Shown: piece after piece, positions 1-9,064 of the stretch
Layout: every line of letters begins with the position of its first letter
Numbering within the stretch: the first letter of the stretch is position 1
NCBI GenBank assembly: GCA_905234655.1
Contig: CAJOJG010000008.1
Coordinates: 2,205-66,204 of the forward strand
From: an uncultured Bacteroidales bacterium
GTDB lineage: Bacteria > Bacteroidota > Bacteroidia > Bacteroidales > UBA3824
Length of the DNA: 64,000 nt
Direction: 5' to 3'
The notes under the pieces: generated by a model
Database searches by the model: none
What the model saw: only the letters and a program-made list of their open reading frames with translations
Told to the model about the DNA's origin: nothing
Position numbers and translations under genes: made by a program

Positions 1-384
1 GTTGTTGAACTCGCCGGGGCCTGTAAGCCTCACGCGCGTTATGCCCATTACAAGCGCGGAAATCGAGCCGTCCGGCATTTCGAAAATCCTCGCGACCCTC
101 GACACCGTGCCGTATTCCATCAAGTCCTCGACCGTGGGGTTGTTCTTGTTGGGGTCGGACTGCGTGACGACGGCGAAAAGCATGTTCTTTTCGTTGGAGA
201 GTTTTAGGAGGTCGGCGGACGTCGCCCTGTTCGCCTGGATTGGCAGGACGCTGTTGGGCAGCAGCGCGTTGTTCTTCAACGGCAAGACCGGGATTTCGTC
301 GCCGATTTTTTGCCAGTCGATTTTTTCGGGTTTTGCGCCGATTGGAATTTGGATTATGTGGGATGATATTGCGTCGTTTGTCAT
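1..384 (-). CDS. lon: Lon protease, N-terminal substrate-binding domain (partial; runs off window start)
   Basis: Not in ORF track. Manual translation from ATG at 384: MTNDAISSHIIQIPIGAKPEKIDWQKIGDEIPVLPLKNNALLPNSVLPIQANR...LMEYGTVSRVARIFEMPDGSISALVMGITRVRL, matching the LON N-domain pattern (LPL..LP....P; GT...I....PDG....V.G..R). Frame is open to position 1. Confidence 0.8.
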   Translation of the reverse strand, partial: MTNDAISSHIIQIPIGAKPEKIDWQKIGDEIPVLPLKNNALLPNSVLPIQANRATSADLLKLSNEKNMLFAVVTQSDPNKNNPTVEDLMEYGTVSRVARIFEMPDGSISALVMGITRVRLTGPGEFNN

Positions 385-393
385 TTTGTGGGA

Positions 394-1590
394 TTAAAGG
401 TGTTTCCTGAGTTCCTGAGTATCTTCGTAGACGTGTGTGAGTATTGCGGTTTCGGTTTCGTCGAGGTCTATGCCGCGCCGTGCCATCATTATCTGGGCTG
501 TCGTGAGCGCGTTCTTAAGCGGGTATGGCTCGTATCCGGAGTCCGCGCCGCCCCAGGAGAACGACGGCACAAAGTTGCGCGGGAATCCAGTTCCGAAAAT
601 GTTACAACTTACGCCGACGACCGTGCCGGTGTTGAACATGGTGTTTATGCTGCTCTTTGAATGGTCGCCCATAATCAGGCCGCAGAATTGCAGCCCCGTC
701 TTGACGAACCTGTGGGTGGCGTATGACCAAAGTTTGACTTCGGCGTAGTTGTTCTTGAGGTTTGAGTTGTTAGTGTCCGCGCCGAGGTTGCACCATTGAC
801 CGAGGACGGAGTTGCCGAGGAATCCGTCGTGGCCTTTGTTCGAGTAGCCCCAAATGACGGAGTTGTTGACCTCGCCGCCGCATTTGGAGTGCGGGCCCAT
901 CGTGGTCGGGCCGTATATTTTTGCACTGATTTTGACGCATGAGTGTTCGCAAAGCGCGAGCGAGCCGTGGATTACGGCGTTTTCCATAATCTCACTGTCC
1001 TTGCCGAGGTACACGTATCCGCCGGCGGGGTTAATTATCGAGAACTCGGCTTTTGCACCTTCTTCGACGAATATCCTTTCGGGTTGGAGACAACGGTTTG
1101 TGTCCGAGAGCGGCGCGCTCTTCCTGCCGTCGGTCAGGATGTGGAAGTCGCGCTCTATCTCTTGACCGTTAAGGGAAAAGATGTCCCATGTGTGGTTGAT
1201 GCGCGACGGCGGGGTTATGCTTTTAGTCCTGAGCGACAAGGACTTGCGGTCGGCATAGAACTTCATCGTGTCTTCGGCGTCGAGTCGTGTGGCGATGAGT
1301 ATGCCGTCGGCTTCCAAGGCTTCGCCTTTCTGTAGCGCGAGGGCTTCTTTCACAAACTCGGCGGTCGGCAGTATCCTCGAGTCGACAACGATGTTGTCGT
1401 TTTCGATGGCAGGTTTGTATTTTGAACGGAGGTAGTCGTCGCCCAACAGTGTCACTTGGGAGTCAGTCAGCCGTTGCCATTTTTCTTGGATTGTGAGAAT
1501 GCCAATTCGCAGGTCGCCCGCCGGACGTGTGAATGTCAGCGGCAGGAGATCCATTCTATTTTCGATGTCGTCGGACAGGATGATGTTCAT
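394..1590 (-). CDS. GlmU-like putative sugar nucleotidyltransferase with left-handed beta-helix (Bacteroidota family)
   Basis: 398 aa. N-terminal LLPLTFTRP..DLRIGILTI.EKW and hexapeptide-repeat region GGEVNNSVI..YSNKGHDGFLGNSVLGQWCNLGADTNNSNLKNNY. Confidence 0.85.
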   Translation of the reverse strand: MNIILSDDIENRMDLLPLTFTRPAGDLRIGILTIQEKWQRLTDSQVTLLGDDYLRSKYKPAIENDNIVVDSRILPTAEFVKEALALQKGEALEADGILIATRLDAEDTMKFYADRKSLSLRTKSITPPSRINHTWDIFSLNGQEIERDFHILTDGRKSAPLSDTNRCLQPERIFVEEGAKAEFSIINPAGGYVYLGKDSEIMENAVIHGSLALCEHSCVKISAKIYGPTTMGPHSKCGGEVNNSVIWGYSNKGHDGFLGNSVLGQWCNLGADTNNSNLKNNYAEVKLWSYATHRFVKTGLQFCGLIMGDHSKSSINTMFNTGTVVGVSCNIFGTGFPRNFVPSFSWGGADSGYEPYPLKNALTTAQIMMARRGIDLDETETAILTHVYEDTQELRKHL

Positions 1591-1679
1591 GGAGTTTTTG
1601 GAGTTTTAAGGTGAAAAAAAATTTTTGAGTGTCCTTACGGACTGATTTCTCGCGTAGCGACAAAAACATTTATACACGC

Positions 1680-1727
1680 AAACCAAAAAAGCCCATCGGT
1701 ATCTTACCACGGGCTTCTTTGGTTTTT
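1680..1727 (-). terminator. Intrinsic terminator downstream of rpmE2
   Basis: Imperfect inverted repeat AAACCAAAAAAGCCC...GGGCTTCTTTGGTTT about 55 nt after the rpmE2 stop. Confidence 0.6.
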
Positions 1728-1781
1728 GATGAGGCGTGCTCGACGCCCACGCCAAGTTCGAAGAGTTCGGCTGCCTTATTA

Positions 1782-2048
1782 TTAAAGGCCACTCTTTGAT
1801 ACGTATGACTTCTCGTATCTCTTCTTGAACTTGTCCACGCGACCTGCTGTGTCCACGAGCTTCATCTTTCCAGTGAAGAATGGGTGGGAGGTGCTGGAGA
1901 TTTCGAGCTTCACGAGCGGAAGTGTCTCGCCGTCGATCTCAATAGTGTCCTTTGTGTTGACAGTACTCTTAGTGATGAAAGTGCTGTCGTTGCTCATATC
2001 TTTAAAAACCACAAGGCGATATGATTCAGGATGTGTGTTCTTTTTCAT
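1782..2048 (-). CDS. rpmE2: 50S ribosomal protein L31 type B
   Basis: [17 protein letters not shown]...[30 protein letters not shown]; no Zn-ribbon cysteines. Confidence 0.95.
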   Translation of the reverse strand: MKKNTHPESYRLVVFKDMSNDSTFITKSTVNTKDTIEIDGETLPLVKLEISSTSHPFFTGKMKLVDTAGRVDKFKKRYEKSYVSKSGL

Positions 2049-2086
2049 TTGTGCTGTATGTAATTTTTTCGTATTTTTTCAGACTG

Positions 2087-2094
2087 CAAAGTTA
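2087..2094 (-). promoter_or_regulatory. Bacteroidota -7 promoter box (TAACTTTG) for rpmE2
   Basis: CAAAGTTA on + strand = TAACTTTG, matching the TAnnTTTG consensus, about 40 nt upstream of ATG. Confidence 0.6.
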
Positions 2095-2265
2095 GAAAGT
2101 ATAATTTGATATTGCAAATTTTTTTATGGAAAATTTTTCGAGATAATTTTAAAGGAGTGTTTTTTCGGATTGTCAGTGTTTCCCGCAGGAGGTCTACGTA
2201 AACGACGTATGTAATTTTTGGCTTAAATACGTTTTTTCGTTAGTTCCAGTCTGAAAACTTATTCA

Positions 2266-2273
2266 TATCTTTG
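2266..2273 (+). promoter_or_regulatory. Bacteroidota -7 promoter box (TATCTTTG) for GSIII
   Basis: TATCTTTG upstream of ATG 2321. It makes the ORF-track TTG start at 2279 unlikely. Confidence 0.6.
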
Positions 2274-2320
2274 CATCGTTGAACAAGAAATATAAACCTC
2301 ACATAAAACGAAAACCAAAA

Positions 2321-4516
2321 ATGAGTGGATTAAGATTTCAAGTAGTTGGCGCGGCGTTCAGCAAGTCGCCGTTGCCCGTGGAAACACCCAAGGAACCCAC
2401 GTCGGCGTATTTCGGCAAGTACGTCTTCGGACGCGAGCAGATGTTGAAGTACCTGTCTAAGGACACCCTGAGGAAGTTTGACGACATCACCCGCAACGGC
2501 AAGCCCCTCGACCGTGGACTTGCAGACCACATCGCAGCCGGCATTAAGCAGTGGGCGATTGAGCACGGCGCGACACACTACACCCACTGGTTCCAGCCGT
2601 TGACAGACGGCACGGCAGAAAAGCACGACTCCTTCATCGAGTACGCCGGAAAGCCCGGCGAGGGCGTTATAGAGGAGTTCTCCGGCAAACTCCTCGCGCA
2701 GCAGGAGCCGGACGCATCGAGCTTCCCCTCGGGCGGCCTGCGCAACACATTCGAGGCGCGTGGCTACTCCGCATGGGACCCGACGTCGCCAGCCTTCATC
2801 GTCGACGACACGCTCTGCATCCCGACTATCTTCATATCATACACCGGCGAGAGCCTCGACTACAAAGCACCGTTGCTCAAGGCGTTATTGGCTGTCGACA
2901 AGGCGGCGACCGGCGTATGCAAGTATTTCGACGAGAATGTCAACAAAGTATACTCGTACCTCGGCTGGGAGCAGGAGTACTTCCTCGTTGACGAAGGACT
3001 GTACGCCACACGCCCCGACCTTCTGATGACCGGGCGCACGCTCATTGGCCACGAATCCGCCAAGAACCAGCAGCTCGAAGACCACTACTTCGGCGCAATC
3101 CCCGAGCGCGTCCAGGCTTACATGAAGGAAGTCGAGTTCGAGGCTTACAAATACGGAATCCCCTGCAAGACACGTCACAACGAGGTCGCGCCCAACCAGT
3201 TCGAACTCGCGCCCATCTTCGGCGAGACAAACCTTGCAAACGACCAGAACCTCCTCATAATGTCAATCATGAAACGTGTGGCGCGTAAGCACGGCTTCCG
3301 TGTCCTCCTGCACGAAAAGCCCTTCGCCGGAATCAACGGTTCAGGCAAGCACAACAACTGGTCGCTCGGCACAGACACTGGCGTTGGACTGTTCACGCCA
3401 GGAAAGACACCCGAAGAGAACCTCCAGTTCGTCACCTTCATCGTCAACATCCTCATGGCGGTATATAAGAACAACGCGCTCCTTAAAGCGTCCGTCATGA
3501 CCGCCATGAACGCACACCGTCTCGGCGCAAACGAGGCACCGCCAGCCATCATTTCCGTATTCCTCGGAACCCAGCTCTCGTCGCTCCTTGACAAAATTGA
3601 GAACTCGACATCGGAGGAGGGCATAACCCTCGACGACAAGAAGAAAATGGCACTCGGCATCGGCAGCATTCCCGAAGTGTTGATAGACAACACGGACCGC
3701 AACCGCACATCGCCATTCGCCTTCACCGGCAACAGGTTCGAGTTCCGCGCCGTCGGCTCGTCCGCTAACTGCGCATCGGCAATGATAGCCGTCAACACAG
3801 CCGTAGCCGCACAACTCGAGGAGTTCAAGGCCACTGTCGACGCCAAAATAGCCGCTGGAACTTCAAAGGAACACGCCATCTTCGAGGTCATCAAGCAGTA
3901 CATCAAGGAATCGAAGGCTATCCGCTTCGACGGCAACGGCTATTCCGACGCTTGGAAGGCCGAAGCCGCACAACGCGGGCTTGACTGTGAGACCTCCGTG
4001 CCGAAGATTTACGACGCGTACACAAAGCCCGAGACAGTGAAGATGTTCGAGAAACTCGGCGTGTTCACCGCCAAGGAGCTCGCCGCAAGGAACGAGGTGA
4101 AGTGGGACATCTACACCAAGAAAATCCAAATCGAGGCGCGCGTACTCGGCGACTTGGTGCTGAGCTCGATAGTGCCGGTAGCCACAAAGTACCAGGGCAT
4201 ACTCCTCGACAGCGCGAACAAGATGGTTTCTGTATTCGGTCAGGACAAGGCGGCTAAACTCGGCTCGCAGACCCTGAAGACCATCGAGCAAATCTCCGGT
4301 TACATCGACAGCCTCAAGACTAATGTCGAGGCCATGGTCGACGCCCGCCGCAAGGCAAACCGCATCGAGTCCGAACAGGAGAAGGCAATCGCCTACCACG
4401 ACACCGTCCTGCCATTCTTCGACGAAATCCGCGACAAAGTGGACCGTCTCGAACTCATAGTCGACGACGAGATGTGGCCGCTGCCCAAATACAGAGAATT
4501 GCTATTTATCAGATAG
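2321..4516 (+). CDS. glnN: Glutamine synthetase type III
   Basis: GATHYTHWFQPLT..TAEKHDSF, QEPDASSFPSGGLRNTFEARGYSAWD, GWEQEYFL, HNEVAPNQFE, HEKPFAGINGSGKHNNWS, DRNRTSPFAFTGNRFEFR, WPLPKYRELLF. Confidence 0.95.
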   Translation: MSGLRFQVVGAAFSKSPLPVETPKEPTSAYFGKYVFGREQMLKYLSKDTLRKFDDITRNGKPLDRGLADHIAAGIKQWAIEHGATHYTHWFQPLTDGTAEKHDSFIEYAGKPGEGVIEEFSGKLLAQQEPDASSFPSGGLRNTFEARGYSAWDPTSPAFIVDDTLCIPTIFISYTGESLDYKAPLLKALLAVDKAATGVCKYFDENVNKVYSYLGWEQEYFLVDEGLYATRPDLLMTGRTLIGHESAKNQQLEDHYFGAIPERVQAYMKEVEFEAYKYGIPCKTRHNEVAPNQFELAPIFGETNLANDQNLLIMSIMKRVARKHGFRVLLHEKPFAGINGSGKHNNWSLGTDTGVGLFTPGKTPEENLQFVTFIVNILMAVYKNNALLKASVMTAMNAHRLGANEAPPAIISVFLGTQLSSLLDKIENSTSEEGITLDDKKKMALGIGSIPEVLIDNTDRNRTSPFAFTGNRFEFRAVGSSANCASAMIAVNTAVAAQLEEFKATVDAKIAAGTSKEHAIFEVIKQYIKESKAIRFDGNGYSDAWKAEAAQRGLDCETSVPKIYDAYTKPETVKMFEKLGVFTAKELAARNEVKWDIYTKKIQIEARVLGDLVLSSIVPVATKYQGILLDSANKMVSVFGQDKAAKLGSQTLKTIEQISGYIDSLKTNVEAMVDARRKANRIESEQEKAIAYHDTVLPFFDEIRDKVDRLELIVDDEMWPLPKYRELLFIR

Positions 4517-4547
4517 TTGCCGTTTGATTTCCGTAAGTATGTTTTTG

Positions 4548-4592
4548 ACCGCCATGACGCGCACAGGAAGTGCGTCGGGCGGTTTTTTTTTA
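4548..4592 (+). terminator. Intrinsic terminator after GSIII
   Basis: ACCGCC..GACGCGCAC-AGGAA-GTGCGTCGGGCGGT followed by a long T run. Confidence 0.75.
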
Positions 4593-4684
4593 TGCACAAA
4601 CTGAAATTATGTGGCGATTTTCCGAAAAACTTTTTTATCTTTGGCGCGGCTTTTAAAAAAACACATTAATATATATAGTAAATC

Positions 4685-5332
4685 ATGCTACATTGTTTGG
4701 AAAGTACAGCGTCGCCGGTAAGTAATTGGATTGTGCAGTTGCGCGACGTTGAGATACAGAAAGATTCGGCGCGGTTCCGCAATAATATCCGCCGCATATC
4801 ACGTGCGCTTGCATACGAAATTGGCAAGACGCTGGAGTATAAGACAGTGGACGTGACCACGCCGCTTGCCGTGGCGAAGTCCCAGGTGACAGCCGACAAG
4901 GTCGTCATCGCCAGCATCCTCCGCGCCGCGCTGCCGATGCACGAGGGATTCCTGGACGTGTATGACGATGCTGAAAACGCATTTCTGTCGGAGTACCGCA
5001 GCTACCGTGACGACGGCACTTTCGAGATAAAGTTCGAGTACATGGCGTGTCCCAATATTGACGGCAAGGTGCTGCTGCTCGTCGACCCGATGTTGGCTAC
5101 CGGCGCAAGCATCGTGACGGCTGTCGACGGCCTCCTGCGCAACGGCAAGCCCAAGAAAATCCATTTTGCCTCGGTAATCAGCAGCCGCAAGGGTGTCGAT
5201 GTCCTTCAAAAGCACTTCGGCGACGATTGCGAGATTTGGACGGCTGTCTGCGACCCCAAAATCAACGACCACGGCTACATTGTGCCGGGGCTTGGCGACG
5301 CGGGCGACTTATGCTTCGGTCAAAAGTTGTAA
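4685..5332 (+). CDS. upp: Uracil phosphoribosyltransferase
   Basis: SILRAALPM, LVDPMLATGAS, GYIVPGLGDAGDLCFG; TATCTTTG box at 4636-4643. Confidence 0.95.
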   Translation: MLHCLESTASPVSNWIVQLRDVEIQKDSARFRNNIRRISRALAYEIGKTLEYKTVDVTTPLAVAKSQVTADKVVIASILRAALPMHEGFLDVYDDAENAFLSEYRSYRDDGTFEIKFEYMACPNIDGKVLLLVDPMLATGASIVTAVDGLLRNGKPKKIHFASVISSRKGVDVLQKHFGDDCEIWTAVCDPKINDHGYIVPGLGDAGDLCFGQKL

Positions 5333-6208
5333 GATTTCGTCCTCGTCCTCCGTGGGGTTGTACCACTTGTTCCCGATGGTCTTGGAGAACCATGTAATCT
5401 GCTTCTTGGCGTAGCGACGGGTGTTCCGTTTTATGAGCTCCACGGCGGTGTCGATGTCGGTCTTGCCGTCGAAATAGTCGAATAACTCCTTGTAGCCGAC
5501 GGTGTTGAGTGGTGTAGTACCACGGTATCGCATAAGTTTTTCAGCCTCATTTGCCAATCCGTCGTCCATCATGGAGTCCACGCGCCGGTTTATGCGCTCG
5601 TGCAGGATCTCGCGCGGGAGGTTGATGCCGATTTTGACGATTTGGAAGTCGCGCGTTTTTTTTGTGCCGGTTCTGAAACTTGAATATGGCTTGCCGGTCT
5701 GTATGCAGACTTCCAAAGCCTTTATGACGCGGGTGTGGTTCTTGAGGTCGCACTCCTCGTAGTATTTTGGGTCGAGTTGTTTAAGCAGGACTTTAAGCGG
5801 CTCGAGCCCGTCGCTCTCGTACTGTTGCCACAGAGCCATCCTCAGTGCCTCGTCGCGGTCGGGCGCATAGTCTATGCCGTTACATACCGCGTCGATGTAG
5901 AGCATCGAGCCGCCGCACATGACCGCGACATCCTTGCGCCTGAATATGTCGTCCTTTAAAATCCCGATGGCCTCCTGTTCATACTTGTAGACATTGTAAT
6001 ATTCTGTCACAGAATGGGTTTGGATAAGGTGGTGCTTGACCTTCCTGAGCGTCTCGGCATCAGGGACGGCCGTGCCAATGGTCATCTCCTTGTAAATCTG
6101 GCGCGAGTCTGCGGACACGATTTCAGTGTCGAGCCTTTGCGCGATTTTCACAGCCAAATCCGTCTTCCCCGATGCCGTCGGGCCGAGTATGATGATGAGT
6201 TTTTTCAT
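5309..6208 (-). CDS. miaA: tRNA dimethylallyltransferase
   Basis: GPTASGKT, SADSRQIYKEMTIGTA, GGSMLY, TVGYKE, TRRYAKKQITWF. Start taken at MKKLIII (6208). The 3' end overlaps convergent upp by 24 nt. Confidence 0.95.
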   Translation of the reverse strand: MKKLIIILGPTASGKTDLAVKIAQRLDTEIVSADSRQIYKEMTIGTAVPDAETLRKVKHHLIQTHSVTEYYNVYKYEQEAIGILKDDIFRRKDVAVMCGGSMLYIDAVCNGIDYAPDRDEALRMALWQQYESDGLEPLKVLLKQLDPKYYEECDLKNHTRVIKALEVCIQTGKPYSSFRTGTKKTRDFQIVKIGINLPREILHERINRRVDSMMDDGLANEAEKLMRYRGTTPLNTVGYKELFDYFDGKTDIDTAVELIKRNTRRYAKKQITWFSKTIGNKWYNPTEDEDEILQLLTEA

Positions 6209-6348
6209 TCTATGTGGATTAAAATCATGCAAATAAAGCAAAATTAAATCATTTTTTCAAAAAATAATGTCGGCACTAAAAAATTTACCGTAACTTTGCG
6301 GTGAATATTATTCGCAAAGCGAAATATATATAATCCAAAATATTTGAA

Positions 6349-8628
6349 ATGGCAAAGATAACCAAAGAAATGGCGTTGCGCTACCATGAGCAGGGACGCC
6401 CGGGAAAGATTGAAGTGATTCCCACCAAGCCTTACAGAACCCAGACAGACCTTTCGCTGGCATACTCGCCCGGCGTCGCCGAGCCGTGCCTCGAAATCCA
6501 GGCAAACCCCGACAATGCATACCGCTACACCGACAAGGGCAACCTCGTGGCGGTGATTTCCAACGGCACGGCGGTACTCGGCCTTGGCGACATAGGCGCG
6601 GTGTCGGGCAAACCCGTGATGGAAGGCAAAGGCCTGCTGTTCAAGATATACGGCGGCATCGACGTCTTCGACATCGAAGTCAACGAGAAAGACCCCGAAA
6701 AATTCATACAGGCGGTCAAAGCCATATCGCCCACATTCGGCGGCATCAACCTTGAAGACATCAAGGCACCCGAATGTTTCGAGATAGAACGCCGCCTTAA
6801 AGAGGAACTCGACATACCCGTGATGCACGACGACCAGCACGGCACGGCGATCATATCCTCCGCCGGGCTCGTCAACGCCCTCGAAGTGGCTGGCAAAGAC
6901 ATCGCCGACGTAAAAATAGTTGTAAACGGAGCGGGCGCGGCCGCCATAAGCTGCACAAAACTCTACGTGGCACTCGGCGCAAAGAAGGAAAACATCGTGA
7001 TGCTCGATTCAAAAGGCGTGATAACCGACGACCGCCCCAACCTCACCCCCGAGAAAAAACTATTCGCAACCTCGCGCCGCGACATCCACTCGCTCGAGGA
7101 GGCTGTGAAAGGCGCGGACGTGTTCCTCGGACTTTCCAAGGGCAACGTCCTCACGCAAGACATGGTGCGCTCCATGGCAGCCACGCCCATCGTGTTCGCC
7201 CTCGCCAACCCCGTGCCAGAAATCACATACGAGGACGCAATGGCGTCGCGCCCCGACGTGCTTATGTCAACCGGCCGCAGCGACTACCCCAACCAAATCA
7301 ACAACGTAATCGGATTCCCCTATATATTTAGAGGCGCGCTCGATGTGGCAGCCACCGCAATCAACGAGGAGATGAAAATGGCGGCCGTAAAAGCCATCGC
7401 CGCCCTCGCAAAGCAGCCCGTGCCGGATGTTGTCAACAAAGCATACAACGTCAACAACCTGAGTTTCGGCCCATCGTACTTCATACCCAAGCCCGTGGAT
7501 CCGAGGCTGATAACAGAAGTGTCCACCGCCGTGGCAAAAGCCGCCATCGAGTCAGGCGTCGCCCGCAAGAAAATCGACGACTGGGACGCCTACCAACGCC
7601 ACCTCAAACAGCTCATGGGCTACGAGTCAAAACTGTCGTCGCAGCTCCGCGACCTCGCGCACTCCAACCCGCAGCGCGTTGTATTCGCCGAGGGAATCCA
7701 CCCCAACATGCTCAAAGCCGCCGTGGAGGCCAAGAACGAAGGCATCTGCTACCCGATAATCCTCGGCAACACCGAGAAAATCAAAGCCATAGCCGCAGAG
7801 ATGGAACTCAGCCTCGACGGAATCGAAATCATAAACCTCCGCGCCGACCACGAGGCGCCGCGCCGCGAGCGTTTCGCCAAAATCCTCGCCGAAAAGCGCG
7901 CCCGCCTCGGCATGACATGCCAGGAGGCCAACGACAAGATGTTCGACCGCAACTACTTTGGAATGATGATGGTGGAGACCGGCGAGGCCGACGCATTCCT
8001 CACCGGCGTATACACAAAGTACCGCGACACAATCCAGATTGCGAAGGACGTAATCGGCATACGCCACGGCTACAACCACTTCGGCACGATGCACATCCTG
8101 AACTCCGAGAAAGGCACATTCTTCCTCGCCGACACCTTGATTAACCGCCACCCCGACACCGAGACCCTCGTGGACACAGCGAAGCTCGCCGCAGAGACCG
8201 TCCGTTTCTTCAACAACGAGCCTGTGGTTGCCATGCTGTCGTACTCCAACTTCGGCGCGGACGAGGTGGGCAGCCCGGCCATTGTCCACAAGGCGGTGGA
8301 CATCTTGCAGAGCGAATGTCCCGGCCTCCAGCTCGACGGCGAGATGCAAGTCAACTTCGCCATCGACGACGAACTCCGTGACAAGACTTTCCCCTTCAAC
8401 AAACTCAAAGGCAAGGTAGTCAACACATTGGTATTCCCCAACCTTAGCAGCGCGAACTCCGGCTACAAGCTCCTCGCCGCCATGAGCAAAAGCGCGGAGC
8501 TCATCGGCCCGATACAGATGGGGCTCAACAAGCCTATCCACTTCACCGACTTCGAGTCGTCCGTGGAGGACATCGTTAACATCGTGGCGGTGGCGGTCAT
8601 CGACGCCATCGTGGAAAAAAGCAAATAA
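6349..8628 (+). CDS. maeB: NADP-dependent malic enzyme (malic enzyme-PTA fusion)
   Basis: [49 protein letters not shown] plus C-terminal PTA-like domain (RVVFAEG, LSYSNFG, DGEMQ, LVFPNL); TAACTTTG at 6291-6298. Confidence 0.95.
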   Translation: MAKITKEMALRYHEQGRPGKIEVIPTKPYRTQTDLSLAYSPGVAEPCLEIQANPDNAYRYTDKGNLVAVISNGTAVLGLGDIGAVSGKPVMEGKGLLFKIYGGIDVFDIEVNEKDPEKFIQAVKAISPTFGGINLEDIKAPECFEIERRLKEELDIPVMHDDQHGTAIISSAGLVNALEVAGKDIADVKIVVNGAGAAAISCTKLYVALGAKKENIVMLDSKGVITDDRPNLTPEKKLFATSRRDIHSLEEAVKGADVFLGLSKGNVLTQDMVRSMAATPIVFALANPVPEITYEDAMASRPDVLMSTGRSDYPNQINNVIGFPYIFRGALDVAATAINEEMKMAAVKAIAALAKQPVPDVVNKAYNVNNLSFGPSYFIPKPVDPRLITEVSTAVAKAAIESGVARKKIDDWDAYQRHLKQLMGYESKLSSQLRDLAHSNPQRVVFAEGIHPNMLKAAVEAKNEGICYPIILGNTEKIKAIAAEMELSLDGIEIINLRADHEAPRRERFAKILAEKRARLGMTCQEANDKMFDRNYFGMMMVETGEADAFLTGVYTKYRDTIQIAKDVIGIRHGYNHFGTMHILNSEKGTFFLADTLINRHPDTETLVDTAKLAAETVRFFNNEPVVAMLSYSNFGADEVGSPAIVHKAVDILQSECPGLQLDGEMQVNFAIDDELRDKTFPFNKLKGKVVNTLVFPNLSSANSGYKLLAAMSKSAELIGPIQMGLNKPIHFTDFESSVEDIVNIVAVAVIDAIVEKSK

Positions 8629-8776
8629 AAAAAAGCAAATTGGGTATTTTTTTAGCAAAAAAAATTTTGCAATGCTAAAAAAATACCCTAACTTTGCAAC
8701 CCGAAAAGCATAACGATGGTCGTGCTTTCCAAAAAGTAAAAAAATAGTTACAAAATCTTTAATACATAAAAGCAAA

Positions 8777-8941
8777 ATGAAACGCACATTCCAGCCTTCT
8801 ATCAAGAAGCGCAAACACAAACACGGTTTTAGAGAGCGCATGAAGACTGCCAACGGACGCAAGGTATTGGCAGCACGCCGCAGGAAAGGCAGAAAAAAAC
8901 TTACAGTATCATCTGAGGCAACATGCCAGGGCCACTATTAG
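8777..8941 (+). CDS. rpmH: 50S ribosomal protein L34
   Basis: Not in ORF track (54 aa). Manual translation [54 protein letters not shown]; TAACTTTG at 8689-8696. Confidence 0.97.
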   Translation: MKRTFQPSIKKRKHKHGFRERMKTANGRKVLAARRRKGRKKLTVSSEATCQGHY

Positions 8942-8976
8942 GATCGAGCCCCGTGCAATCTTCGTCTAAGAGATTC

Positions 8977-9012
8977 GAAAGCCCTCAATTCGTAGCGGGA
9001 TTGGGGTTTTTT
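8977..9012 (+). terminator. Possible terminator after rpmH
   Basis: AAAGCCCTCAATT...GATTGGGGTTTTTT imperfect hairpin with T tail. Confidence 0.45.
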
Positions 9013-9064
9013 GATTTGTACTAATCCTATTATTGAGAACATAACAAAACACAGATAACCAATA

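Noticed and set aside
1782-2048. Cys-free L31 as a zinc-starvation paralog
   Set aside because: Type-B L31 is the normal form in Bacteroidota; no Zur-type context seen.
5309-5332. 24-nt convergent overlap of upp and miaA
   Set aside because: Short 3' overlaps of convergent genes are common; noted in features only.
7627-8862. Long antisense ORFs (e.g. 7627-8862, 31443-32852, 48925-49902, 28900-29811, 47156-47995)
   Set aside because: They are shadows of well-supported genes on the opposite strand, expected with GC-rich third positions; no motifs of their own.
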